A stretch of DNA of 64,000 nt, from contig JAWQFM010000012.1 in assembly GCA_033442325.1 (NCBI GenBank), forward strand, positions 884,287 through 948,286. Reading direction: 5' to 3'. This document shows, in pieces, positions 18,697-47,151 of this stretch (positions within the stretch are counted from its first letter, which is position 1; each line of letters opens with the position of its first letter). The notes beneath the pieces were generated by a model, which worked only from the letters and a program-made list of their open reading frames with translations, had not been told where the DNA came from and made no database searches. A program made the translations under genes and the position numbers. Source of the stretch: Salpingoeca rosetta. Its lineage: Eukaryota > Protista > Choanoflagellata.

Positions 18697-19864
18697 ATGG
18701 GGGCGTTGTCTGGCGTGAGAACTGCGCTGGTGCAGGGAGGAACCCGAGGCATCGGGTTGGAGTTTGTGAAGCGGCTGGCAGCGCAGCCGCACGTGGAGAC
18801 CGTGTTTGCGACGGGAAGGAGTGCTGCAAGCAACCTCAACGGCGGTGGAAGCAAGGACAGCGACGGCAACAGCATGTTGATGATAGACCCAGTGTTAGCA
18901 AAGAAGGTGGTACCGGTGCATGTTGACATTCGAGAAGAGGATAGCATCAAGGCTGCAAGCGAGCAGGTCAAGGCTGCATGCGGTGGCCGGCTTCACTTTG
19001 TGCTGAATGCGAGCGGGTTTCTCCACCGCGCGCACGACGGCGTCGGCCCAGAGCGCAAGCTGGCAGACGTGCGGCCGGAGCTGATCCACGACAACTTCAG
19101 CGTCAACGCCTTTGCGCCGATTCTCTGGGCCAAGCACTTGGCCCCGCTTCTCAAGCACAAGGAGCCGGCCGTGTTCGCGTCCATCAGCGCGCGCGTTGGG
19201 TCCATCTCAGACAACGGGATGGGCGGGTGGTTCTCCTACCGCGCAAGCAAGGCGGCGCAGAACATGTACATGCGGTGCCTGGCCATTGAGTGGCGACGCA
19301 CGCACAAGAACGTGACGGTCTTGTCACTCCATCCAGGCACCGTCAGCACCGACCTCTCCGCGCCGTTCGTGGTGAGTGTGTTACGATGAAGGCGAGCAGA
19401 GCGCACACCGCGCATCACAGACGCCCCGCCTTGCCTGAAGCACTGCAAAGGTGGCTGCCGAGATGGCTGGTTATCCCGGCGGCTGCCGGGGTCAAAGTGT
19501 TGCGCTAACATGTTGCGTTCACGCAGCACCCCTCTCACTCCTCAAACGCACACGGCGTGTATTGCGTGTCCTTGTCTCCACAGGGCAACGTGAGGCCAGA
19601 GAAGCTGTTTACCACAGAGCAGTCTGTGAACCATCTGTGGAACGTGATGGATGCGACCACACCAGCAGACACGGGCAAATTCCTCGCCTGGTGCGCGTTT
19701 TGTGGGCTTGATCGTGTCTGTTGGCGGCTGGTTGTGTCGGTTGACGGTGCCGGTGGCACTCCCATCCCCACAGTGACATGGCTGTAGGCACTGTTCTCTT
19801 AATTCATTCAACATACACGCACACTGCACATGAACACAGGGATGGCAAGGAGATACCGTTCTGA
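18697..19864 (+). CDS. Short-chain dehydrogenase/reductase, CsgA (C-factor)-like, 3 exons
   Basis: QGGTRGIG cofactor motif, SISARVGSISDN, catalytic YRASK, LHPGTVSTDLS; exon 2 GNVRPEKLF...GKFLAW; exon 3 DGKEIPF* (TGA 19862-19864). Confidence 0.93.
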
Positions 19865-20224
19865 TCCCGAACCAAAAAAAAAAAAAAAAAGCGCCAAGCA
19901 CAGGTGGAGAGGGGAGACGCACCGGGCTGCCAGGTTGCAACGACCACGTGTGACAGCAAGCTTAGCAGTCACGTCTTGGCGACCTTTGCCTTCCCGCTCT
20001 TGTGCACAGTTGGGCGCTTGTTGTGACAGTGCCGGCAGCCACATGCCACGCACAGCACACCTTTGAGCACACATGGGCACCTGTTGTTGCATCATGCGTG
20101 CATGAGGTGTGCGTAAGTGTGTGTGTGTGCGGGTTGAGTTGAGTTGTGTGTGTGTGTGTGTGTGTGTATGTGTTGAGTTGAGTTGTGAATGTGCTCGCAA
20201 GGAGTGACCATACATGTGTGTGTG

Positions 20225-20261
<37 letters not shown>

Positions 20262-20381
20262 GCCGCAGCATTGGGCCAGGCAGTCGTGTGCGAGAGTGAC
20301 ACTAAACGAACAGAAATACTGCACACTTCAACAACTCGAGTTCCAAACATAGCCGCGGTCATAAACGGCACACAAACTACA

Positions 20382-20999
20382 TCAGCGACACCCACCCCCC
20401 TCCTTCCAAATCGGCGCAACAAACACGGCTTTCGCAACGCACTCGTCATCGACACAGCACTTGTCGTGCTTGCTGGTGTGCTTGGTAAGGCCGCAGTTGC
20501 AGTGGGTCGCCTCGAGCAAGCCCGAGTGCCGCGCCGACCGCCGGGTCATCGTGGTCTTCTTCGCCGCTGCAGTTGTCGTGGACATGGCGGTGGTGGCGTG
20601 GGCGCGTGGGCGTGTGCGGGTTGGTGTATGTTTGGGTGGACGTGGTGCAGTGGTACAATGCAGGACAGAGGCAGCAAACACAAGCACGCGCGTGTAGGAC
20701 GAAAGCGGAGCTATGACAGCAGCACGCAAATCGCACGCACGCACACGCACACACGCACGCGCGCACACAGGCGTGTAAACGACCCACGTTGCTCTGCGGG
20801 TTGTGCTGCGAGCGTGACCTCGGTATGGGGCTGCTTCACGTGCGCGAGGAGCTCTTTGTACGTCGCAAACGCCCTGTCACACCCCTTTTTGTCGTAGCAG
20901 CAAGCACAAACCAACGACAGAGACGCACACGTGCAGAGGGATGGTGGGCCAACGCAAAGAAAGGGGGGGGCCTTCAAACAAAGCCAAACCTTCCTTACC

Positions 21000-21039
<40 letters not shown>

Positions 21040-22154
21040 AACCCTCTTACTCTCTGCCATAAAGCGGTACCTTGACGTTGCAGCGAAAGGCCTCTGGGTT
21101 GCGGTGTGCTTGCATGTGCGCCCTGAGAAGATCATCGCGCCCAAACCCGCGGTCGCACACCAGGCAGATGTACGGCTTCACCCTGCATCAGCAGCATTGA
21201 AGCTGTCGTGAGCTGATAGAGCAGAAGTCGCAGGCAGCGACGCACAACACACACACACACACACACATACACGCACACACACACAACAGGCATACACACA
21301 CGCGCACATACAAACACACACACACACAACAGGCACACACACAGGGATTCGTCGACGGTGGTGAGGGCAGAGTCCTCGAGGAACGGCGGTACGGTGATAA
21401 AGTGGCGAGCTCGCGCGGCTGGCCCTTGTCGTTGTTCTTCCTCGTCCACCTTTACTTGGCGTTGATGCTCCTGTACTGCTCGTAAATCGGGCGCGAGGCC
21501 AAGGCGCTGCAACTGTCCGCGCAGCAGCTCACTTGCCGCCAGCGCCCCACCGACATTTCGTTCTGTCAGCTCAATCAGCTGCTTCAACCGCTTCACTTCC
21601 AAGTCCTCCCATCCCTCGCGTTCCTTCTCCTCCAGCACCTCAGCCACAGCCTGTGGCTGCTGCTCGCTTTCGTCACCATGCTTCACCTTGTCCTGGCCAC
21701 TGCTGCTCGCGGCGGTGTCGGTGTTGTTGCCAGCGGGAGCCACGCGGTTCGCTGCGCCCTCCACTTGTGGGTTGTGTTCTTCGCGCGGCCTGCGGTTCAG
21801 CTCGGCTGCGCCTGCGCGTGGGTCGGACACGGTGAGCCGCAGCCACCTGAGCTGCGACACCAGCTGCTGTGCAATGGCCCGCAGCTCCACCTCCACGGCT
21901 TGCGCCTCATCAACATCAACACCGTCTTCACTCTCGCCACTACTGCTGTGACTGCCACGCCTCCCCCCGCTCTTGCCACTGGTGCTACTGGTACCACTGG
22001 TGCCACTGGAACTGGATGAGCCCTTCGTGGCCGTGGCGTGGTGATGCTGGCGAAGCGCGGCCAGCGCGTCTTGGGCGCGGATCACGTGCTGTATTGCCTT
22101 TTCATTCGTCTGCTCGCACCGCGACACTTCCCTGGACACACTCCTGTCCTCCAT
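20382..22154 (-). CDS. C2H2 zinc-finger protein (two fingers revealed only after splicing)
   Basis: Long first exon from ATG 22154; exon 21071-21182 VKPYICLVCDRGFGRDDLLRAHMQAHRNPEAFRCNVK joins in phase to the exon from 20884, GCDRAFATYKELLAHVKQPH. The last exon and stop are less certain. Confidence 0.75.
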
Positions 22155-22453
22155 TGTCTCTTGCCTGCGTGCGCGCGCGCGTGTTTGCGTGTGTTTGCGT
22201 GTGTTTGCGCGTGTTTACGTGTGTATGTGTGTGTGTGTGTGTGCGTGCGTGTGTGCGTGCGTGCGTGTGTGCGTGCGTGCGTGTTGGCTGGAGTGAGAGA
22301 GGGCGAGCGAGCGAGAGCAAGAGAGGGTGAGTGTATGTGTCAGTGCAGTGCTTCCCGAACTCATGTCAGTGAGACAACAACCACTGCACAACCAAACGGC
22401 GGTCATATGCGTCTACACTTTATGGTGTTGGTGACAGCTCCTGGTTCCGTTGT

Positions 22454-22481
22454 GGGTGCGTCTGCATTCCCGGTGGCCCAC
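22454..22481 (+). repeat. Left terminal inverted repeat GGGTGCGTCTGCATTCCCGGTGGCCCAC
   Basis: Exact reverse complement of 30701-30728 and identical to 63773-63800. Confidence 0.97.
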
Positions 22482-22813
22482 ATTCGGCTGTAATTGCACC
22501 TGCAATTGGCAAATCAGCTCCTTTCCCAGTCGGCCACACCGCAAAACAACCAAAGCCCAAAGTGTCTGAGCAGACACCTCTAACTCATGTAAACCAACCA
22601 ACAACCCGGCCAGACGGAGACAGAGAGAAAGAGAGAGGGAGAGAGAGAGAGAGAGAGTATGCGTCCGTATGTGTGTCCGTGTGCGTGACTTAATAGGGCC
22701 CTGTTAACCGCCTGTGCGGGTTTTATTTGGTGTGACATTCCCCGCACGAGATCTTCTCTTTTGCTATTCGACCACATCAACAACCATGTCTCGAGCTACA
22801 AAGACGCCTGCAT

Positions 22814-23540
22814 CCTCAGACTAACACAGGATGCGCCCCACACACGCAGGTCCCTCCTAGTGTCATTCGTGTGCAGCAGAACACGTCACAGTGAGCAGGG
22901 CGTAACCGCAAACACACCACACACGCACCACCCCATATGGCGCACCATGTGCAAGCGCGCGTGCACCCCGGTGTGGGCGGTCCAACACCAAAACTGGCAA
23001 TGCTACGCACCTCAAACTAACACAGGATGCGCCCCACACACGCAGGTCCCTCCTAGTGTCATTCATGTGCAGCAGAACACGTCACAGTGAGCAGGGCGTA
23101 ACCGCAAACACACCACACACGCACCACCCCATATGGCGCACCATGTGCAAGCGCGCGTGCACCCCGGTGTGGGCGGTCCAACACCAAAACTGGCAATGCT
23201 ACGCACCTCAAACTAACACAGGATGCGCCCCACACACGTAGGTCCCTCCTAGTGTCATTCATATGCAGCAGAACACGTCACAGTGAGCAGGGTGTAACCG
23301 CAAACACACCACACACGCACCACCCAATATGGCGCGCCATGTGCAAGCGCGCGTGCACCCCGGTGTGGGCGGTCCAACACCAAAACTGGCAATGCTACGC
23401 ACCTCAAACTAACACAGGATGCGCCCCACACACGTAGGCCCCTCCTAGTGTCATTCATGTGCAGCAGAACACGCCACAGTGAGCAGGGCGTAACCGCAAA
23501 CACACCACACACGCACCACCCCATATGGCGCACCATGTGC
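22814..23540. repeat. 196-bp tandem repeat, about 3.7 near-identical copies, subterminal in the MULE
   Basis: Units start at 22814, 23010, 23206 and 23402, with only a few substitutions between them. Confidence 0.97.
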
Positions 23541-23601
23541 GCAGTCTTACAGAGGTCTTGACGAACAATTGAGATGTCCTCCTACGCTGTGATGAGCCTG
23601 G

Positions 23602-30544
<6,943 letters not shown>

Positions 30545-30700
30545 CGTTGGAGTGGGGAGGGGTTGGTGGGTGAGGGCAGTGGGGTTGTGCAGTGTGGTGG
30601 GGAGGACGGGGTCGTTGCAAAAATGTTTATTTGGGTCAGACACGTTTTTCAAAAGGGAGAATATTGGGTGTGTGGTGGGGAGCAATCTCAGGAGCGGTGA

Positions 30701-30728
30701 GTGGGCCACCGGGAATGCAGACGCACCC
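30701..30728 (-). repeat. Right terminal inverted repeat of the MULE
   Basis: GTGGGCCACCGGGAATGCAGACGCACCC is the reverse complement of 22454-22481. Confidence 0.97.
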
Positions 30729-30756
30729 ACCTCAACGACGGCAACGACGACAAACG

Positions 30757-41083
<10,327 letters not shown>

Positions 41084-41350
41084 GCAACCCAGCAATCCAG
41101 TTGGTTGTGTCACATCATTTCACACCACATCACACTCTGATTCTCTGAAGGCACGTTTGTCTCACGTCAAAGGCAAGCCGTTTATTTGGGCATGTGCTCA
41201 CAAAGCAGCTGTTGATGGGTGCCAGGTGATTCAATTACATTACACAGAAGCAAAAAAAAAAAAAAAACAGAGGCTGTGGTGATAGGTTACAACATGACGT
41301 GACAGAGCGAGGGGCGGCAGCATCACATCCACACACGAGCAGCGCCACCA

Positions 41351-41914
41351 TCAACGCTGATCATCATTGGGGTTGCTGCTGCTGTTGCAGAGGACGAGTG
41401 GCGTGTCGTGTGTTCCTCCCACATTTGCCGCGTTGGGGGCCTGGTCATCCTCGTCTTCGGCGGCGTCCTCCGACAGGGTCACGTCAATAACGTCGCATTC
41501 CAGCCGGTATAAGCTGGAGCCGAGCGCAGGCGGCGCTTCATCCTCACCAAGGTCCTCCACAATGGCGTCTACCGGTGGCAGGTCATGCTCGTCATGCTCG
41601 CCTTCGCCGTCTTCCTCGTCGTCAGCGTCGTTGTCGCTGTCGAGGTGGTCGTCTCGTTGAATGTAGTCGCTAAAGGCGACGGGCACCAAGTCCACCCCAT
41701 CGACATCGTCGCCGTCGTCGTCGTCGTTGTCGTTGTCGGCATCATCACCGCCATCATCGTCAAAAGCGTCGTTGTCGTGGCTGACGTGCTCGTCTTGGTG
41801 TAACGCCCTCAGCTCAGCAAAGTGCTCGTCCTTGGCCTCCTGCAGCCGCGAGTACAGCCCGAGGCTGTAGAAGGTCTCTTCCACCCACGCGTTTGCTGCC
41901 CGCAGCCACTCCAT
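41351..41914 (-). CDS. Uncharacterised intronless acidic protein (187 aa)
   Basis: ATG 41914 MEWLRAANAWVEETFYSLGLYSRLQEAKDEHF..., GC3-rich codons, no microsatellite, D/E-rich; divergent from the SMP-C2 gene. Confidence 0.6.
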   Translation of the reverse strand: MEWLRAANAWVEETFYSLGLYSRLQEAKDEHFAELRALHQDEHVSHDNDAFDDDGGDDADNDNDDDDGDDVDGVDLVPVAFSDYIQRDDHLDSDNDADDEEDGEGEHDEHDLPPVDAIVEDLGEDEAPPALGSSLYRLECDVIDVTLSEDAAEDEDDQAPNAANVGGTHDTPLVLCNSSSNPNDDQR

Positions 41915-42311
41915 TTCCCCTGTCGTGCGTGCGTGTGTGTGTGTGTGGTGTTGGGTTGCTTGTCGTTGACGATGCTGCGTGGTGTTGTGCTGTATGTGGT
42001 TGCTGCGCCGCTGTTGTCGTGTCATCGACGTTGCGCTCACTCACCGCCTTCCCTTCCCCTTCTTCGGTGGAAGGACTCGAAGGTAACAGTAACAAATGCG
42101 TCCTGACTCACAAACAATTATTTGTTTCGCACAAGAATTCCTCTTGTCACCCGTGCTATCCACCACATTTTAGTTTCTCTGCCAGTGGTTGGTTGCAGAC
42201 AGGCACAGCGCGCAAGAAGCACCCTTGATCAACCCTGCCGTATCCCGACCCACTCCATCTCCTCCTTCCCCCCCCCCAACGCTGATCCCTGCCTCTTTTC
42301 TGCCTGTCGCC

Positions 42312-42889
42312 ATGGCTGACACTGAGCCGAAGCAGGCTCGGCCTGCCAGCCTAAAGAACGACAACAACGGCAGCCGCAGCAAGTCGTCCGATATCAAGAG
42401 GAACAAGAGCAAGAGGACAAAGCGGACACAAGATGAGGAGGGCGCAACGCCTGGACGTCAGGCTGTGGTGCGGACGGCGGCGTGTATTGCCGCCCTCGTG
42501 ATGGGTTCATGGTTTGGCCTCGGCCTCATGACCTTCCTCATGCTGTCGGCGCTCATTGCATTCTCCCGCTTCCGCGAGCGCCAACTCAAGACAAAGCACA
42601 AGGTTGTGCAGAACCACCGATCGCTCATGCACCGCAGTGGCTTCACCACGCTCTTTGCTGGCGGCCTCAAGCAGTTTGCCCCCAGCTGGGTCACCTACAC
42701 AGAGACAGAAAAGTCCAACACCGTCAACGCCGCCCTGGAGCTGCTTTGGCCTTCCATCAAAGCCGCAACAGAGGAGGTGCGCTTCATCTGCAACATGGGA
42801 ATGTTGTATGAAAGATGCGTGTGTGTGTGTGCATGTGCTCTGCGTGTGTGCATGTGCTCTGTGTGTGTTGTTGTGTGTGTGTGTGTGTT

Positions 42890-42933
<44 letters not shown>

Positions 42934-45900
42934 TGGGTGTGGGTGTGGGTGTGGGTGTGGTCGTGTGTGGGTGGGTGGGTGGTATTGCACTCCACTTCAC
43001 TCGACTTCACTTGACTCTGCACACGCCCGTCCATCAACTCGGTTGTCGGTGCCTGAGTTCATATTCAACTAACACGCCGTCGCACCCATCACACCTATGT
43101 CACACCTATGCCATAGGCCGTGCTTGCAAGCATGACGGGCCTCCTGGCCATGTATCGCCCGTCCTTCCTGTCCACCCTCAAGTTTGATGTGTTTGAGCTC
43201 ACCAACGACCCGCCAAAAGTCGTCTCCGTGAACCAGGTTGAGCTCGACGACGGTGGCATTGCGCTTGACCTGCGCATCACCCTGCGTGGCGAGTCCAACA
43301 TTGTGCTCGTCGCAGGTGCGCGTGCCTTCAAGGCCAGCGTGCGCGTGCAGGACCTGGAGGTGGAAGCGACCGTGCGGCAGCTGCTGTCACCTCTGTCCTC
43401 CGAGCCGCCGTTCTTCGAGGCCATGAGCACCAGTTTCGTCGGCAAGCCCCGCCTCTCCTACACCCTCCAAGGTGTGTGCATGTGTGTGTGTGTGTGTGTG
43501 TGTGTGAGGTTTGTTCGTACGCGTGAGTGTGTGCGTGCGTGCGTGCGAGTGTGTGCGTTGTGTCTGTTTTGTGTGCGTGTGCGTGTGTGTGTGTGTGTCA
43601 TTTGTTCCTTCTTGCATGTCACAAACAATATCCGCCCACACCAACCCGTTTGCACTCAACCTCCCGCTCACACCACAACCACCACCGCCACCATCATCAT
43701 CGTCTAGCCGGCAAGATCCCGTTCCACCTTGAGCGCTTCATCAAGCACCTGCTGAGCGAGGTGCTGGCCAACCAGCTTGTGTGGCCGAAGAAGGTGGTGG
43801 TGCCCATGGTTGAGGATGAGGCCCATCTGAGCTACCTCATGTCCAGCGCCGCGCAGGGGGTGCTGCGTGTCACTGTCGTGCGTGCACAGGACCTGATCAA
43901 TATTGAGGCGCTTGGCAAATCAGACCCATATGTAAAGGCGATGATCCGCGGCGACTGCGACGTGTTCCGCACCAAGACCGTCTTCAACAACCTCAACCCG
44001 GAGTGGAACGAGTCGCACGAGTTCCAGGTGTATAACCTCTCCCACGACACCCTGCGCATCTCCGTGTACGACCACGACAAGGCTGGCCACGACGACATCA
44101 TGGGCAAGTGTGAGGTGGCGCTCGACACGCTGCCTGCGGACATTGAGCTTGAGATGCAACGCAGCCTGGTCATCTCTGGCAAGCGCGGTGCCGGTACACT
44201 CAACCTAATTCTGCAGTACAAGCCCTTCATCTTTGAGCCCATGATCCCCAACACGCCGCCCAGTGACATCTGGAGCGCTGGCTACCTCTACGTTGACGTG
44301 CGCAAGTGCACCAACATCCAAACAGACAAGCCAGTCGCCGTAAGTCTGAACTAATCTGTGCTGTGTGTGTGTATGTGTGTGTGCGAGTGTACATGTGTGT
44401 GCGTGTGCGTGTGTATGTATGCGTGTGTGCGAATGTACATGTGTGTGTGTGTGTGCGAGTGTATATGTGTGTGCGTGTGTGTATGCCCATCGGCTTGCAG
44501 TTTGTGACCCTTCCCCTTCCCCACCGCTCACCTCACAGCCGTCATGTTTTCGCCCTGCTGTCGCAGGTGACGGTTGGCTACGGCTATGAGACGGGGACGA
44601 AGAAGACGCTTGCCGTCGCTCCCTTCCGTGGCGAGGCGGTCTACGAGCAAGGTGGGTTCGATGGTTTGAAGAACGTGTGATTGTACACACGCGCCTTTGA
44701 CTCGCTCGCTTTGCCTTCAACCACACGCTCACTTCACCTTCACGCCCCACTTTCACCACCTCATCGTCCCCCCTCTAAACCCTCCACCATGTCTCGTCCA
44801 ACCTCCAACCCACCATCAGGCTTTGCGTTTCCGATTGACCGGTTCTCGGGGATGCCGACACAGATTCGCTTCACACTCGACCGCAAGTTCGGGACTGCCA
44901 CTTACGAGTTTGACCCAGAGGACCTCTACTCCCACCGCGTCGGACAATACGTGGTGCGTTCTTCGTGCGCGCTTATTCATGAGTTTTTGTGTGTGTGCGT
45001 GTGTGTGTGTGCGTGTGTGTTTTGCGTGTCTGTCTGTTTTGCGACAGCTCTCAGACCCGATACCATACACACACACACACTGCATTGTTATCCACTCGGA
45101 CTCCGCCTCACTCTTCACCCCTTTCGCCCTTCTTTGCTCGCCTCCCTCCACATCACCACCACCCTCGTCACACCAACCCACCAGGAGGTTGCGTGCGACA
45201 CCGATGCGCTGATCGCCGTACACGTGACCCTTCGCGCCGTCAACGCCACATACACGGGTGGGCGCTCCATCTTCCGCAGCGGAAGCGTCGTCTCCCGCAA
45301 GTCTGCACTCACCCGCGCCAGCGTGAGCCAGAAGCTTGAAGGCAAAGGCGCAGACGCCGCTGCGCTGTTGGAGGCGTCGATAGACGACGGATGGACGGAC
45401 CCGGCGTCCCGCCGCTCGTCCGATCAGACGACAGATGGCAGTCGGCGCCAGTCATCGGCGAGCAGCATCTCCACCACCCAGCGCAGGCAGCAGCTCGCAG
45501 AGACAGCGGCAGCAGACGGTGATGGCGAAGAGGAGCAGGAGGGGCAGTCCTCCTTCAAGCGCTATCTCGGGCTTGCGCGCAAGTACAGTGTCATCGGCAA
45601 GCAGTCGTTTGACGGCCTGCCCTCGGACGTGCAGGGCGCAGCGCTGCTCGTTGGTCTCCTGTTTGTTGTGCTGTTGTTCTCGCATGTGTGGCGTCTGTCT
45701 GGTGTTGGCTGGGTGTGCCTGCTGTCGGCGGTGGCGTTTGCGCTGTACGACGCGTACCGTCGCGCCAGCCCCCGCGCACCCCCGCGGGTGAACCAGCAGC
45801 CCGACAAGCCGAAGGACGGCACGAAGCTGACGGCAGAGGAGGTGGTGCTGCTGCACGACGCGCTGCCCATGTGGTGCAAGGACCCGTCGTGGGACAAGGC

Positions 45901-47100
45901 GGAGTGGCTGAACGAGCTCATCGCTGGCATCTGGCCGCGGGCGAAGGAGGGCATTGGCTCTATGATTGACGAGGCAATCCAGGACACCGTGGACAAGATG
46001 CAGCAGGAGGGCACGCTGCCTGTGGACTCTGTGCGCGTGGATGTCACGTTTGGCAAGCCGCCGCTGGTGTCTGCGCTGCGCGCCATCAAGAACACCTACA
46101 TCAACTCCCGCGTCATGCTTGACCTCGACTTGGAGATTGGCAATGACGTGCATGTGATGGCCCACATCACAAAGTCCAAGTTCACGGTCCCCATTGAAGT
46201 GCGCGACCTGTGTCTGACAGCGCGCCTGCGTGTTGTCCTGCGGGATTTCGTGCCGGTGTTCCCCTGCTTTGCCAACGCGGATGTGTCGCTGCTGTCGGTG
46301 CCCAACTTCGACTTCAACCTCAACATCTTCCACATCCCCATCATGAACGTCCCCTTTCTCACCTTTGGCATCAACACCGCTGTCGAGTGCGTTTGCTGTC
46401 GCATTTGCTTCCTTTTTGCCGTGATGGCACCCTGCGACGTGTCTTGCGCCCCCACGCGTGCACATCGCTCGTGGCTTGTCACATTACACCTCTACATGTC
46501 ATGCATGCCCTTGCACTTACTATCACCGCCACTGCCTTCACTATGGGTGCCGTCGTTGTCATCATCATCACAACATGTCTTCCCCTGACCACCATCACCA
46601 CCACCACCACCATCATCATCACCACCATCCTCGTCATCAGGCGGTTTGCGCTGCGCGGGATGGCGGATATGCAGCTGCTGTGGCCGCGTGTGTTCAGCGT
46701 GGAGATCTTCGATCCAAACGACATTGTTGTGAAGCGCAGCCTGCGTGTGCCGCCCGCTGGTCTCCTGCGCGTGCACATCCGCAACGCCAAGGGCCTGAGG
46801 AAGGCGGACCGGCTGAGCGAGTCTGATCCATATGTGACGATGATTTATCAGGAGGGCGATGGCATCAAGGCCAAGACGAAAGTGATTCAGGACAACCCCA
46901 ACCCGGTGTGGGACGAGCACTTTGACTTTATCATCATGAACCGGGCGCGCCGCTACCTCACGTTCACATGCAAGGACTACGACCGGGTGGGTTCGCACGA
47001 CACGCTCGGGTTTGCCGAAGTGACGACAGACACGCTGATGGATGCCCCAGACACCATCATCGAACGCACCTTCGACTTCCAATACAAGGCAAGAACCACT

Positions 47101-47151
<51 letters not shown>

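Noticed and set aside
18697-19864. Horizontal transfer of the CsgA-like SDR from bacteria
   Set aside because: The family also occurs in other eukaryotes and the gene has host-type introns; no claim is possible without a phylogeny.
22814-23540. CRISPR-like array
   Set aside because: Units are near-identical over their full 196 bp with no unique spacers, there are no cas genes, and the context is eukaryotic.
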